Of a stretch of DNA of 64,000 nucleotides, positions 50,900 to 64,000 are shown piece by piece. Each line of letters starts with the position of its first letter. Position 1 is the stretch's first letter. This stretch comes from Octopus sinensis (Eukaryota): assembly GCF_006345805.1 (NCBI RefSeq), contig NC_043011.1, positions 13,900,464-13,964,463 of the forward strand. The letters run 5' to 3'. Below the pieces are notes generated by a model. The model was not told the origin of the DNA and did no database searches. It was given only the letters and a program-made list of their open reading frames with translations. The translations under genes and the position numbers were made by a program.

Positions 50900-53800
50900 T
50901 TTCTATTATTATTATTATTATTATTATTTACATAATAAAGACAGTTTATCACAATTGCAAATAGAGTGAAATACTCAATGTCAATAGTCTTGGGAAAATT
51001 ACATGAGAATATTTCATATTGGAAAAAAAAAAAAAAGAAGTAGCTTTTTGGTGATAGATTTTAACAAGTGAGTTTCAAAATAACAGCACAATATCAACAA
51101 TCTAATGTGGTTGCACATTGTAAATAAAAGAATTGTGACTACTTGTTATCACCAGCCACCACAAAGAGTAACACCAAACACGGAAACATGTTGCAGTCAT
51201 TCGTTCACAGTTTAAAGATTTGTTTTTATAGCAAGAAGGAAGACAGATCAAATTTGTTTTGGGTTTTTTTTTCTCTCCTTTGTTTGATTTTTCTGCAATC
51301 GTGGGTCCTTCAAAATTAGAGATAATGTTTTTTTCCAGAAATTAAACAAATTGACCATACTCCAATTTAGTGAGTGATAAGGATTTTTGATTTAAAAAAA
51401 AAAATTACATTTTAAGTTTCAGTTCCTGGAACACAAAAATTGCAGTAGCTTTTGTGTAAGAGTCAACTCCTTGGAAATATTTCTAATTCACACCCAGTCG
51501 CATGATAAAATGAATTCCCATTAAGTCTGAGACCATTAAAAAAAAAAAAAAAAAAAAAAAAGGAAATCAAGACAAAATGAATCCATTTGAACACCGAATG
51601 ATTGTTTTTACATTAGAAACACGTTTCTCGTTATCTCATTATCAGTATCAACATAATTTTAATACGACTAGATAAAAGCAATTCTTGGTAAAAGATTTCG
51701 TGTGATGTTTGATGTAGGAAGTGGTAGAAAACTTAAATATTTCAATTCAGTTTTGCTTCGTTAGAGATGGTCCCATCAAGAATGAAATTTTAATGTAAAC
51801 TTTATCCCATGAATATAGAAAAGGTCAACAGTGTTTGAAGAAAATGAGAACAATGCTGAAGAGAGGATTAGATGTGTTGTACAGCCTCTCAAAAACAGGT
51901 TTTGATAGATAAGACTTTGAAAAATACTTGTAGCTGATAGTAAATAATTGAAGAAAAAAATCTCTGAAACACTTTGTATATTTAAAATATTTTGTTGAAG
52001 ACCTGGAAGATTTGGTTATAAGTATAACTTTACCTTATACACTTTAATAAAGCAAGTTTTTTTTTCTTTTTGTTGGCTCAGAACTTAATGGTTATACAGG
52101 ACGGACTTGTAACCCTAGAAACAGAATTACCAACACACACTTTAAGCTGATAATATAAACCCAATACTTTCATATTTAAAGTGTTCATATTCCACAATGA
52201 TTTATAAAGTAGTTGGTAAGTCTAAAAGAAAGGGTTCATCCTTAAATATCAAATTTATTATGGCTTGAATGTACACCACTAAACATTCTTTAGGTAGTTT
52301 ATCCCCTGCTCATATATAATATGAAATCAATCCTTATTTCGCCATCATCGTAATACTTCATCAGTAAAAAGCATTTTCCATGATTCACTCACCAAATAAT
52401 TCTATTTGATTATTGATTTCTTGGAAAGAAAATGTTCTCTGTCAAGTATGCCCCAGTCAATTACATTGACTCCAGTGCTCAACTGGTATTTATTTTATCA
52501 ACCCTGGAAGGATGAAAAGCAAAGTTAATCTTGGTGGAATTTGAACTCAGAACATAAAGCCAGGAGAAATGTTGCTAAGCATGTTGTCTGGCACTAACAA
52601 TTCTGTCTTAATTTAGTGGGATACTTAAAGTTTGCATTAAGATTTCTTGGGGTGGGGAACAGAGAAATATACTTTTAGTAAGTAACTGTAGTTAATATAG
52701 TAACTCTGTCAATATAGAAGTTACTTTTAAATTTAAACTTTTCAATTGTAGAATTTAAGCTGTGCAAAATGACCCTATTTTTGCATACTGAGTTCTCTTG
52801 AAATCTGCCATATACCCTGCCTTTAATAAAATTGCTGTGAGCTCAACTAGATTTATTTAAAATTGAAATTTATCCATTATTAAATAATTGTTTGACTGAG
52901 ATGGTGGAAACTTTTTCACTCATATTCTCAGATCTTGTTTGAAAGAACAAGACAAAAGTAACATGACAAATCACTGATAAAATGATCTGGTAAGAATAAA
53001 TGTTATGAGTAAAGAGCAGAAGCAAATCCAAACATTGAAGCATTAATGCAGCAAGGCTAAATTAAGAACGGTTTCTCATATTAGCAATAGGACCCTACAG
53101 ATGAGATGACAGTATAGCAATATAATAGCACATGTTAAATAAGAGGGGCTGGGATGAAAGGCAAATTTGACCACAGTTAGATAAAGACATTGTTGATAAT
53201 GATTTGAATTTTTGTTACTAAGTAGCAAAATTATTAGCCATCAAAACAATAAAGATTAAGATTTTGGATTCACTTGTGCCATACACAATGCAATAATGCA
53301 GGATAAATGTATTTTGTATGTCAGAAAAATGAAGTGTTGTGTTAACTGTCTCTGGTACAACTTAACTAAATATAGCTTTTTGCTGCGGAAATACGTAAAG
53401 GTAATTCCACCGTAGGTCAACAGCTGGGATTATGTCTAATTTTCTCTGAATATTAAATTTCTTTTGTAGCACTTCCAATCTACTGCTATCTATTACGACA
53501 ATACTTATAAGGTTTCCCCTTATTTATGACTAATACTTTATGGAAGTTTACTAAAATAGTAATTGAGCAGAAGAAACCAATTAACAGAATTACGTTAATC
53601 AGTTCCGTCAATGAAACAGTTACTCCAACTTCAAATATAAGCAAACGCAATTTGTATAGTTACGTAATCCAAACCTGTTCTTCACACACAGAACAACCAT
53701 AACCCATCTCTTTTTATTTTAGCCAACTGCAAGCATTCTTCACACTGAAGATAAAACTCTTTATGAAAGAGTAACTACACTGGCACTGAAGCAAAAACTG

Positions 53801-54270
53801 GATGTGTATATATATATATAGGTTGGGAAGGGTTATTTAAAATAAATTATTAGGCTTTGCTTTCATACTACTCTCAAAATAAAGGAGAAATACTGGGTTT
53901 TTTTTTTTTTTAACTTAAAAAATTCCTCTCACTAAGTTTTGAAACATGATCTGAATTCCTCTGGGACCATTCCTTTCAAACTGGGTACTCACAAAACTGA
54001 AAATAATGTGTGAATTTCTAAAGTTAAAACTTTAACAATTAGAAAAACCATAATGAAAAGAACAGAAGGAAACTGAAAGTATGATTGTTTTCTGCTTCTT
54101 TTGAAATAATACTGATGTCCATACTCTTGTCGGAACGGTGAGTGTCGCTTGTGGCAGCAGGTGTTGTGGTCTTGCTGAGGAGTAAGTCTAGGACAGCACA
54201 GTTTTCTCTCGGAGTGTTTGATGCTCTTAAAGTGTGTAGTTCAGATGACAAGCTGTCACCAAACAGTTAT
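50900..54270 (-). other. Probable long 3' UTR of the ZFYVE27-like gene
   Basis: About 3.4 kb of nearly repeat-free AT-rich sequence directly downstream of the stop. Minus-strand AATAAA candidates at 53713-53718 and 52254-52259. End uncertain. Confidence 0.4.
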
Positions 54271-54359
54271 TCAGCTTGGTTTCTCTTTATCTTCTTTCTT
54301 CATGAGCATATTGTAGCAAGTATTACACACCAGAACAGTCTCGGTTTGAGCTGAAGGAG
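54271..54359 (-). CDS. ZFYVE27: Protrudin/ZFYVE27-like terminal coding exon (APSAQTETVLVCNTCYNMLMKKEDKEKPS*)
   Basis: atttcag acceptor, phase 1, TGA at 54273-54271. Matches protrudin APEAQRETVFVCASC. Confidence 0.92.
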
Positions 54360-55147
54360 CTGAAATTAAAAACAGAGAAATCATTTTATATATAATTATC
54401 CTACATTAACTGTTCAATTGATTGATTAATTACTGAACTTTTATGGTTCTAAGAAGTCATGCAATGGGAGAATTAACACTTTGTTATTTAATCTAGATGC
54501 TTTGAACATCTCTGAATGTTAGGGCTGACGGAGGAAGTAGGGGAGATATAGTTTTAAAATCAATAAATTGCTAAGTGAAGCTTTGTCTAATAAGCAATCC
54601 TCAAATATAATAAAACGTGTGTGTGTATGTACACACACACACACAGCTGTAGTTGTTATAGGATTTAATTTATATTTTTAATGACATCATTTGTTGCTGT
54701 ACAATTTTTTCACATTTATACCAACATCCACAGAATCTGGTCTGATCTTACCCCTACCCGTCACCACCAGAAGCTACATCTGAAATTACACATGCCTACT
54801 GTCCAGGCAACATTATATATATCAAATGATTTTACTAAAAGGTGCTGCCTATAGAAGCTGCCCTCATCCGTGACTACTAGTTATTCTGGCTCAAAGTATT
54901 TCTTTTCTGTTTTTTGAAGCTCATCATCTGTTAGAAGCAGTTCACAGATGTACTGTTTCGTTAACACATCCCTTCTACTCTGACCATAATGGACCCTGCT
55001 GCGCTGAACTAGCAAGCTGGATACTTCTATGCAGACTCACCTTATGTGCCTGCTTTCCTTCTCTTGTCCCCTTTGAAAATAATTGAAACTGAGTATCAGC
55101 TGCCTCAAACCTCACCAGTCTGTGAGTACCTACAAAGGTTATGAATG

Positions 55148-55452
55148 GTTGTTCCTTCTCAAGCCATGCCTGGCTCATAAGGGCCGGTTTCCCGGTTTCT
55201 TGGCGTAATAGGTTCCCCACCTGGACGGGACGCCGGTCCGTCGCAGATGAGCTGCAAGATGCAGGAGGAAAGAGTGAGAGAAAGTTGTGGCGAAAGAGTC
55301 AGCAGGAGTTTGCCATTACCTTCTGCAGGAGCTGCATGGAGCTTAGGTGTTTCGCTCATAAATATAAAAAAAAAATGCCCGGTCTGAGATTCGAACCTGC
55401 GATCCCTCGACTGCGAGTGCGCTACTCTAACCACTAGGCCATGTGCCTCCAC
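55148..55452 (-). mobile_element. SINE family D with TSD acaaaggttatgaatg
   Basis: Reverse complement of the 9724 element, 16-bp flanking direct repeats. Confidence 0.88.
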
Positions 55453-55645
55453 ACAAAGGTTATGAATGCTGCTCCGCTTCCTTAAAGTAGCGAAAAGCCA
55501 GAAGAGACAGTTGGGCTAGAATATAAAGGCTCTCCTGGAGTGATGTACGTAGAAAATCCTATCTAGAAAAATATGCTGTCATTAATGGATTAAGTAACTT
55601 GCTACACTGAAATGTGCATTGACTGAATGCCTTTGTGTAAGATTT

Positions 55646-55995
55646 ATAATAATAATGAAATTATTGTATACAGTGCTCAGGTGCACCACAACTTGTCAAA
55701 AGTGCGTATAAAGTATATGCAGTAATGTACAAATGTCTGGAAAGTGAACAGTGTATGAGTCAGATACATGCTTGTGTGTGTATGGAGGGGAGAAAATCAG
55801 GTGTAGTGTTGGCGAATCTCAGGAAGCATGGAAGTTCTGAAGGATGCAGTGCTCCAACAACTAACAACTGATGCTGGCAGTCTGTTCCATGCTTCAGCAA
55901 CTCTTAGTGTGAAAAAATGTTTCCGAAAGTCATGGGAGCTGTGCTGTTTTCTGACTTTGTAAACATGTCCACGGGTGTTAGACAGGTGGAGCTTG
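55646..55995 (-). mobile_element. CR1-like LINE 3' fragment with (AAT)n tail
   Basis: TRGH.YK....RKHFFTLRVAEAWNRLP CR1 C-terminal motif. Confidence 0.85.
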
Positions 55996-56220
55996 CCAGG
56001 AAGATGCACAGCGATGAGACAATTAATTGCCTTCTGAACAGAAGATTGAAGTGAGAAAGACAGTTTTTTTTCTTTTGTTTTTTTTGAGAAGTGTTATGTT
56101 GATAAAGTGAGTGGGAAAGTGAACTAAATTATGTATAAAATAATTATTTGATTCCTCAATCAATAGATCAGTCAGTTTACCAGGATATTAAAGGATGCTG
56201 ATATATCAGTATGTCATATA

Positions 56221-56637
56221 TATTTCTTTGCTGCCCACAAGGGGCTAAACACAGCGGGGACAAACAAGGGCAGGCAAATGGATTAAGTCGATTACATCGA
56301 CCCCAGTGCGTAACTGGTACTTAATTTATTGACCCCAACAGGATGAAAGGCAAAGTCGACCTCTGCGGAATTTGAACTCACAACGTAAAGGCAGACGAAA
56401 TACCTATTTCTTCACTACCCACAAGGGGCTAAACATAGAGGGGACAAACAAGGACAGACAAACGGATTAAGTCGATTACATCGACCCCAGTGCGTAACTG
56501 GTACTTAATTTATCGACCCCGAAAGGATGAAAGGCAAAGTCGACCTCGGCGGAATTTGAACCCAGAATGTAACGGCAAACGAAATACGGCTACGCATTTC
56601 GCCCAGCATGCTAACGATTCTGCCAGCTCGCTGCTTT
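56221..56637 (-). mobile_element. Tandem dimer of SINE family B with TSD tcagtatgtcatata
   Basis: Two units head-to-tail. Same 15-mer at about 56206 and 56638. Confidence 0.85.
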
Positions 56638-56685
56638 TCAGTATGTCATATAACTAAGGAGGTAACTGGAAAAAAATTCACCAAC

Positions 56686-56767
56686 CTGTGGCTCCAAATA
56701 AGGACTTGGGTACTTTTTGAGCACAACATTTAGCGCAGAAGTGGTTACCACAGTGACGACAGTAGTA
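56686..56767 (-). CDS. ZFYVE27: Protrudin/ZFYVE27-like exon, FYVE core (YYCRHCGNHFCAKCCAQKVPKSLFGAT)
   Basis: ttccag/gttggt, 82 nt, phase 0/1. Matches protrudin CSNCGNSFCSRCCSFKVPKSSMGAT. Confidence 0.92.
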
Positions 56768-58878
56768 CTGGAAATGAACGAAAGTAGAAATCTATTAGTT
56801 TGAAACAGACAAGACAGAGTAAATATTGAGTGTGTGATTAAGTGTAAACATTCATTTCACTGAATTATAAACAAGTAACAGTAGACTGTTGAAAATTAGG
56901 AGCCAATGTTTCAGTGAATACTGTGTGTTTGGATAATTGCATGTATTGAAGCAGGCAGGCATGTGGCGTAGTGGTTAGGGCATTTGGCTGATGATCGTAA
57001 GGTTGTGAGTTCAAATACTGGCAGCACATTGTGTCCTTGGGCAAGATACTTTATTTTATGTTGCTTCAGTCTACTCAGTCGGCAAAAATGAATTGTACCT
57101 GTATTTCAAAGGGCCAGCCTTGTCACATTCTGTGCCATGCTGAATCTCCCTGAGAACTACGTTAAGGGTACACATGTCAGCCACTTGCACATTAATTTCT
57201 TGAGCAGGCTGTTCTGTTGATCAGATTAACAGAAACCTTTGTCATTGTAACCGATGGAGTGTCAGTCGAGGTGTGAGATTTTAATTTATATTGCAAGAGT
57301 CATACATTTCCAATGGGACAATTAATGTTCACTGCATTTCTAATCAATCCACATCAATGGAAATTGTAGTTGTGATACCAGTGCCATGTAAGAGAACCAT
57401 CCGAACGTGGCCATTGCCAGCGCCGCCCCGATTGGCCTCCATGCCGGTGGCACGTGAAAAGCACCATCTGATCGTGGCCGTTTGCCAGCCTCGTCTGGCA
57501 CCTGTGCCGGTGGTACGTAAGAAGCACCCACTACACTCACGGAGTGGTTGGCGTTAGGAAGGGCATCCAGCTGTAGAAACATTGCCAGATCAGAATGGGC
57601 CTGGTGCAGCCTTCTGGCTTCCCAGAACTATGTCCAACCCATGCTAGCATGGAAAGCGGACGTTAAACGATGATGATGATGATGATGAGAGAATATATCT
57701 GGGACTTGCTCAAATTTGTTCAAAGAGAACAAGTTTCTCACATTTATATTCTTTGCAAATACACAGTCAAAGATAAACATACAAGGTTGGTGCCTTGAGA
57801 AAATGCATTCAACCCACACACTGGATGCATTGGTTGATGTTAGGAAGAAAATCCAGCCCAAAAAACAGACATTTCACAAGACATGGCCCTCCAAGCTGTT
57901 GGAACCTATCAAATCACCCAACCCAAAAGAGCATAGAAAGTAGATGCAACATGATAATCTAAATGAAGATACCATATAAACGCGTGTATGTGTATTTGCT
58001 TGTGATGTTTCAACATGTCTTCATGTTGACATATATTAAGAAAAAGTTGTTATGCTTGTTTACATGTCTTCTAAACAACAGATCCCATAGCTCAACAATG
58101 ACACTGTGTTAAGAAGAGCTGTGGTATAAAGATAACTTGCAAGAAAAACAATTAAGTTGTCCGCATGAAGAGTATCCAGTCATACACTACTGCCTTAGTA
58201 AGTCTCACTGAATGCATGGCAACTGATATATCTAAATTTATTTTGAAATTTAATTGCTTGAGGAGACCTATTGAGTCAAGTACATCAACATCGAAATAAA
58301 TATCAAATAGAAATAGTAGTTGTGATACCTGTGCCAGTGGCACGTAAAAAGCACCATCCAAACGTGGCCGATGCCAGCGCTGCCTTGACTGGCTTCTGTG
58401 CTGGTAGCACGCAAAAAGCACCATCCAAACGTGGCCAATGCCAGCGCTGCCTTGACTGGCTTCTGTGCCAGTGGCACGTAAAAAGCACCATCCAAACGTG
58501 GCCGATGCCAGCGCTGCCTTGACTGGCTTCTGTGCCGGTAGCACGCAAAAAGCACCATTTGAACATGGCTGATGCCAGCGCTGCCTTGACTGGCTTCTGT
58601 GCCGGTAGCATGCAAAAAGCACCATCCAAACGTGGCCGATGCCAGCGCTGCCTTGACTGGCTTCTGTGCCAGTCACACATAAAAAGCACCAACCGATTGT
58701 GGCCGCTGCCAGCCTCCCACGTAAAAAGCACCCACTACACTCATGGAGTGGTTGGCATTAGGAAGGGCATCCAGCTGTAGAAACACTGCCAGATCAGACT
58801 GGAGCCTGGTGCAGCCTCCTGGCTTCCCAGACCCCGATGATGATGATGAATTAGATTTTTGAGAAACATAATACTTAC

Positions 58879-58928
58879 TCTTCTTTTCAGAATGGAAGAA
58901 AATGAAACGTTACAAGCATTACAGGCAC
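58879..58928 (-). CDS. ZFYVE27: Protrudin/ZFYVE27-like exon, FYVE N-part (GACNACNVSFSSILKRR)
   Basis: ttacag/gtaagt, 50 nt, phase 1/0. CxxC...F....KRR. Confidence 0.9.
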
Positions 58929-59706
58929 CTGTAATAAACAAAGTGTGAGATGATAGGGGTGTCTGGGAAAACTTTACTCTTTTCACTACTACCCTCTCTC
59001 GCAACAACAAATCTGTTCCTCTTGTCATACTTTAATTTCCCACAACACTGCATCTAAAGACACCACACACACACACACACACACACTCTTTCTTTCTTTC
59101 TCTCTCTTCCTTATTCTTCCTCTTTGTCAGGAATGAGACAATTCTTTAACCCTTTAGTATTCAGATTTTCTGTCAAACGTAAAGCTTATTTATTCACATT
59201 GTCTTAAATTAATTAGGCATCACCTCATAGTTTTGAGAGTTCATTAATGTGATTGTTGCATTTTCAGAATGACATTGTAGGGTAGGTGTGAGAGATCAGA
59301 TCTGGCTGGTTCAAACATAAAATAGACAAAATATTTAAGCTGGATGCGGCCGGTTTAAATGTTAAAGGGTTAGTCTTACAAAGTTACAAGGTGATGTTAG
59401 TTGTACCGTTGTCACAGAAAAAGGACCCATTACATTCTGTAAACTGGTCAGTGACTTGAGCAGAGACAATCTCTTTAGTAGTTGTATTATGTAATAATGT
59501 ACCCAGAAAAACAATCTCTACCAAATTCAGATGTTTCAACAAGACATGGTCCTCCAGCTCTTTGCATCCTGTCAAACTGTCCAGCCCATGCTATGGTAAG
59601 CATTAGTAAGTATACTGATTATGATGGAGATTATATGTAAGGGTTGCAGACCAAAAGATCTCACTATTTACATTGAATGACAAACGACACATAAAATATA
59701 TCTTAC

Positions 59707-59836
59707 CACTTGCAATATATTGTCGGCGTTTCTTCAGCTCCATCAAACGTGCCACCATTCCAGGTTTGGTAGGCAAAGGCTCATGGCGATTTTCTGCATA
59801 ACCGACTGAATCACAATTCACAAAGTCAAACTCTCC
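59707..59836 (-). CDS. ZFYVE27: Protrudin/ZFYVE27-like exon (GEFDFVNCDSVGYAENRHEPLPTKPGMVARLMELKKRRQYIASG)
   Basis: ttctag/gtaaga, 130 nt, phase 0/1. VARLMELKKRR resembles the protrudin coiled coil VSRLTERLRKR just before FYVE. Confidence 0.85.
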
Positions 59837-60687
59837 CTAGAATGAAAAATATTGAGAGATTAAAGATACGAAAAAGAAAAAAAAACGTCAACTGATTGGC
59901 AAAGGAGTGGCTGTGTGGTAAGAAGCTTGCTTCCCAACCACATGGTTCCAGGTTCAGTCCCACTACAGGGCACCTTGAGCAAGTACCTTCTACTATAGCC
60001 TTAGGCTAACCAAGACCTTGTGAGAGGATTTGGTAGACAGAAACTGAAAGAAGCCTGTTGTATATGTGTGTGTGTGTGTGTGTGCATATGTCTGTGTTTG
60101 TCCTCCCTCCATTGCTTGACAACTGATGTTGGTGTGTTTACATCCCTGTAACTTAGCTGTTCACCAAAAGAGACCGACAGAATAAGTACTAGGCTTACAA
60201 AGAATAAGTCCAAGGGTTGAATAGTTTGACTAAGGGTGGTGCTCCAGTATGGCTGCAGTCAAATGACTGAAACGAGTAAAAGAATAAAAGAAAGAACGAT
60301 TCTAAAGAAGTCTGTAGAGAAGCTATGTACACAATATGATTCCATTCACATCTAGAATGTTTTATAGGTATATTAAACCAACCCTAAAACATGACTGGTT
60401 CTGTATTTTCTTGAGCCTGGAAAGAGCAGGGGCAAAGTTGACATAGTCAGTATTTGAATCCTGAATGTAAAGGGCCGTAACCAAATACCACAGGAATTTT
60501 GTTTAAGGCTTCAACAATTCTTTAATTAATCTTTAAATATAATTAGTTTCTACAAAATGGTTTGCCATACTGTTAAAGGGCTGACAGCTTAATACCTTAC
60601 AAATAGTAATCAAGCATAGACAAAATACCTCAGTATAAATACTGCACTAAAACATGCATATTGCAACATAACCAAGATGAATATCTT

Positions 60688-61075
60688 GGTTACAAGATGA
60701 ATAACTCAGAGCACCTTTTCAAACTCCACCTGTCTAACACCCGTGGACATGTTTACAAAGTCAGAAAACAGCACAGCTCCCATGACTTTCGGAAACATTT
60801 TTTCATGCTAAGAGTTGCTGAAGCATGGAACAGACTGCCAGCATCAGTTGTTAGTTGTCGGAGCACTGCATCCTTCAGAACTTCCATGCTTTCTGAGATT
60901 CACCAACACTACACCTGATTTTCTCCCCTCCATACACACGCAAGCATGTATCTGACTCTTACACTGTTCACTTTTCAGACATTTGTACACTACTGTATAT
61001 GCTTTATATGCACCTTTGACAAGTTGTGGTGCACCTGAGCACTGTATACAATAATTTCATTATTATTATTATTAT
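60688..61075 (+). mobile_element. CR1-like LINE 3' fragment, inverted partner of the 55646 copy
   Basis: Same peptide and 3' UTR in the opposite orientation. Confidence 0.85.
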
Positions 61076-63055
61076 TTAAAATGATTGCTGTTAAAATATA
61101 ATCTATCAACAGCTGTTCTGTTTTCTCATTGCTGCAATAGGTTGGACAAATACCTATGTGTGGGCAGGCAGGTAGGTGCATACATGCATGTATGCATACA
61201 TACACTTAACACTTTCATAACTTACATTTAATTCATTCCAATATTTTCTTAGACAATATAATCTTAGCTAGAAGAAAAATGAGGTTAGCAAATTTAAATC
61301 TACTTTAAATATATATTTCTTTATTGCCCACAAGGGTTAACATAGAGGGGACAAACAAGGACAGACAAAGGGATTAAGTCGATTACATCGACCCCAGTAC
61401 GAAACTGGTACTTAATTTATCGACCCCGAAAGGATGAAAGGCAAAGTCGACCATGGCGGAATTTGAACTCAGAACGTAACGACAGACGAAATACCACTAA
61501 GCATTTCGCCCAGCGCGAAATCTACTTTAAATATAACAACCTGTTATGGAGAAAATGGGTAGCATTAGAGTAAATTTGCTTTCAAATTTCATAATTGCAT
61601 CATCATAACAGTTAATATCAATGTTAACATGAAAGCAGAAGATCATAAAGAATTTTCCACTCCATTTTATAGTTACAGAGCAATAGCACACCATTCGAGT
61701 GTGATCGTTACCGCATTGCCTTACCAGCACTTGTGTTGGTGGCACGTGAAACATTCGAGCGAGGACGTCGCGAGTGCAGGTGGCACGTAAAAAGCACCAT
61801 TTGGACGTGGCCGTTGCCAGTATCACCAAACTGGCCCTCGTGTCGGTGGCACGTAAAAGCACCCACTACACTCTTGGAGTGGTTGGCGTCAGAAAGGGCA
61901 TCCAGCTGTATAAACTCTGCCAGATCAGATTGGAGTCTGGTTCGCCAGGCCTCAGTCAAATCGTCCAACCCATGCTAGCATGGAAAGTGGACGTTAAATG
62001 ATGATGATGATGAGTAGTCTTGAAGGGGGTCAGATCTCCAAATTAATCGATTTTAGTTGACTAGCTTCAATCAATTTTGATCAAGTATAGGGTGAGACAA
62101 GTCTACAAGCTCAGCATACCAGGTTCAGACTACACTGACATATAGCTCTGTCAAAGTGCTAAAAGGCTGATCTGTCATGAATTGACTCCAGAAACCATAT
62201 TATCCACTGTCTCTTTGTTACTACTTTTACCATTATCTTTCACTTGTTTCAGTCTTTAGACTGTGACCATGCTGGGGCACTGCCTTGAAGAACTTTTAGT
62301 TGAATGAATCAACTTCCGTATTTATTTTTTCTTTTGAAGCCTGGTACTTATTCTATTGGTCTCTTTTTGCTGAACTGCTAAGCTACAAAGACGTCAATAC
62401 ACCAACACCGGTTGTCAAGCCGCGTTGGTGTCATGGGGAGACAAACAGACACAAAGACACACACACATAGATATATAAGTATATAGGATGGGCTTCTTTC
62501 AGTTTACCAAATACACAAGGCTTTGATCGGCCTGAAGCTGTAGTAGAAGACACTTGCTCAAGGTGCCATGCAGTGGGACTGAACCCCAAACCATGTGGTT
62601 AAAAACCAAGCTTCTTACCACAGAACCACACCTATGCCTTTTGGAAATAATTACTTTACAGCTTAATGCTTTCTCAAGTAAACGATGTACGGCTGGTTTG
62701 TATTTTCTATCCATACAGACTACAGTCTTCAATTAGAGGGCTCACACTTTCTATGGTTATTTAAAACCGTCCAAGGGTGGTCGTGCACATCTTTACATTT
62801 CCCAAAGCCATTAGAAAATCAATAGAAGTGACTTCTTTGTGAATTTTCTATCCAAAACCCAATCAAAATGCCCGAAACTTGATACGCCAATTGAATGCCA
62901 GCTAGCTCTATGTGATTGGTCAGAGATTTGGACAGTACTCGCGTGCATGTGTGCATGCACGCAGCTGTATATGCATGCACTACCACAATGACCCGGCGTT
63001 GCCAGGTCATAGTGCTAGTTATTCATTCTTTCTTGTAACTCAATTTATAACTTAC

Positions 63056-63118
63056 ATCCGAGGTAGAAATTTCTTCCTTCTCTGGGGATTCTTCATTTTC
63101 ACCTTTTTTGGAATTCAC
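63056..63118 (-). CDS. ZFYVE27: Protrudin/ZFYVE27-like exon, acidic linker (VNSKKGENEESPEKEEISTSD)
   Basis: Minus-strand ttttcag/gtaagt, 63 nt, phase 0/0, open acidic frame. Assigned by position only. Confidence 0.75.
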
Positions 63119-64000
63119 CTGAAAAACAGAAAACAATTGCTAAATAGAGACTACAAACTGTAAATCAATAAAATACTTCAAATTTTGGCACAAGGCCAGC
63201 AATTTCACAGTTGGGGAGAGTTAATTACATCAGCCCCAGTGTTCAGCTGGTACTTATTTTATTGCCCCCGAAAGGACGAAAGGCAAAGTTAACCTCAGGA
63301 GAATTTGAACTCAGAATGTAAAGACAGATGAAATGCCGCTAAGCATTTTGCTCTGTGTGCTAACGATTCTACAGACTCGCCACCTTCCTTAAATCAATAA
63401 AATATTGAAAACCACCATCAGAACTAGAAATACAAGTCAATTTTATTTTCAACATGGAAGAGTTGGTGCAACACAAAAGTGGGTATTTTACAAATTCAGT
63501 AATTTTTACAGCAGGCCTTAGATATCTTTAATTACTGTAACAGGAAGTGAAAATTATCAGTTAAGGCAGATTAAGGTGTGTGACTTTATGTCTTACTCAA
63601 AGGCACAACACAAAGGCTGTATTAAAGGTTTAGTTTGGACACACATAAATACACAAGTACATATATGTAAAGGAAGAACTGGCTTGATCTGTGCACACAC
63701 GTAAATTTACACACATATAATACCTTGAGCATAATCCTATGAACCCAGAAAATTTAAAACAGAGGGTTACCCACTTGCAAACAAATGTGGTAATATGTAA
63801 CATTATTGACCGAGGTTACCGTGGTCTTTTCCATAGGCTTTTCTTTCCCCAGATAAACCTTATCTGCTTCCCCCTTTACATCTTTCCCTTTTACGATCTT
63901 TCTTTTTCTTTTTCTTTCCCTTTTGATCGAAAACCTACCCCACTTTTTTTTTCTTCTCTCCCCAAAAAAGAAAAGCTCTACTTTGTAATCTGTCCCGTCT

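Noticed and set aside
54039-54251. ORF just after the ZFYVE27 stop as possible readthrough extension
   Set aside because: Different frame, and another in-frame TGA follows five codons after the stop

Overview
AT-rich, repeat-dense eukaryotic DNA. The repeat repertoire points to a coleoid cephalopod, probably Octopus (inference). It holds two convergent, intron-rich genes that both start outside the window. (1) On the + strand, 84..43373 carries 16 phase-consistent GT-AG exons of a SEC23IP/DDHD2-family intracellular phospholipase A1 (GHSLG lipase motif, SAM domain, DDHD domain). This includes an obligatory 12-nt micro-exon (FDSV, 33627..33638) and an unusual ~245-aa C-terminal tail of PPPMGPPSTG repeats. 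(2) On the - strand, 63118..54271 carries the last five coding exons of a protrudin (ZFYVE27) orthologue with its atypical FYVE domain. Introns and the intergenic region contain tRNA-derived SINEs (several with clear target-site duplications), RTE/CR1/CRE LINE fragments, Tc1/hAT/piggyBac/Helitron-type non-autonomous elements and microsatellites. There are also several long palindromes, some carrying Penelope-type minimal hammerhead motifs. The best leads are candidate frame-preserving micro-exons in the 15.7-kb first intron, the C-terminal PPP array, a tRNA-headed hammerhead-bearing inverted dimer, an HDV-like ribozyme remnant, and an unexplained element with a TATA/Inr promoter. Family assignments come from recalled motif knowledge, not database searches.
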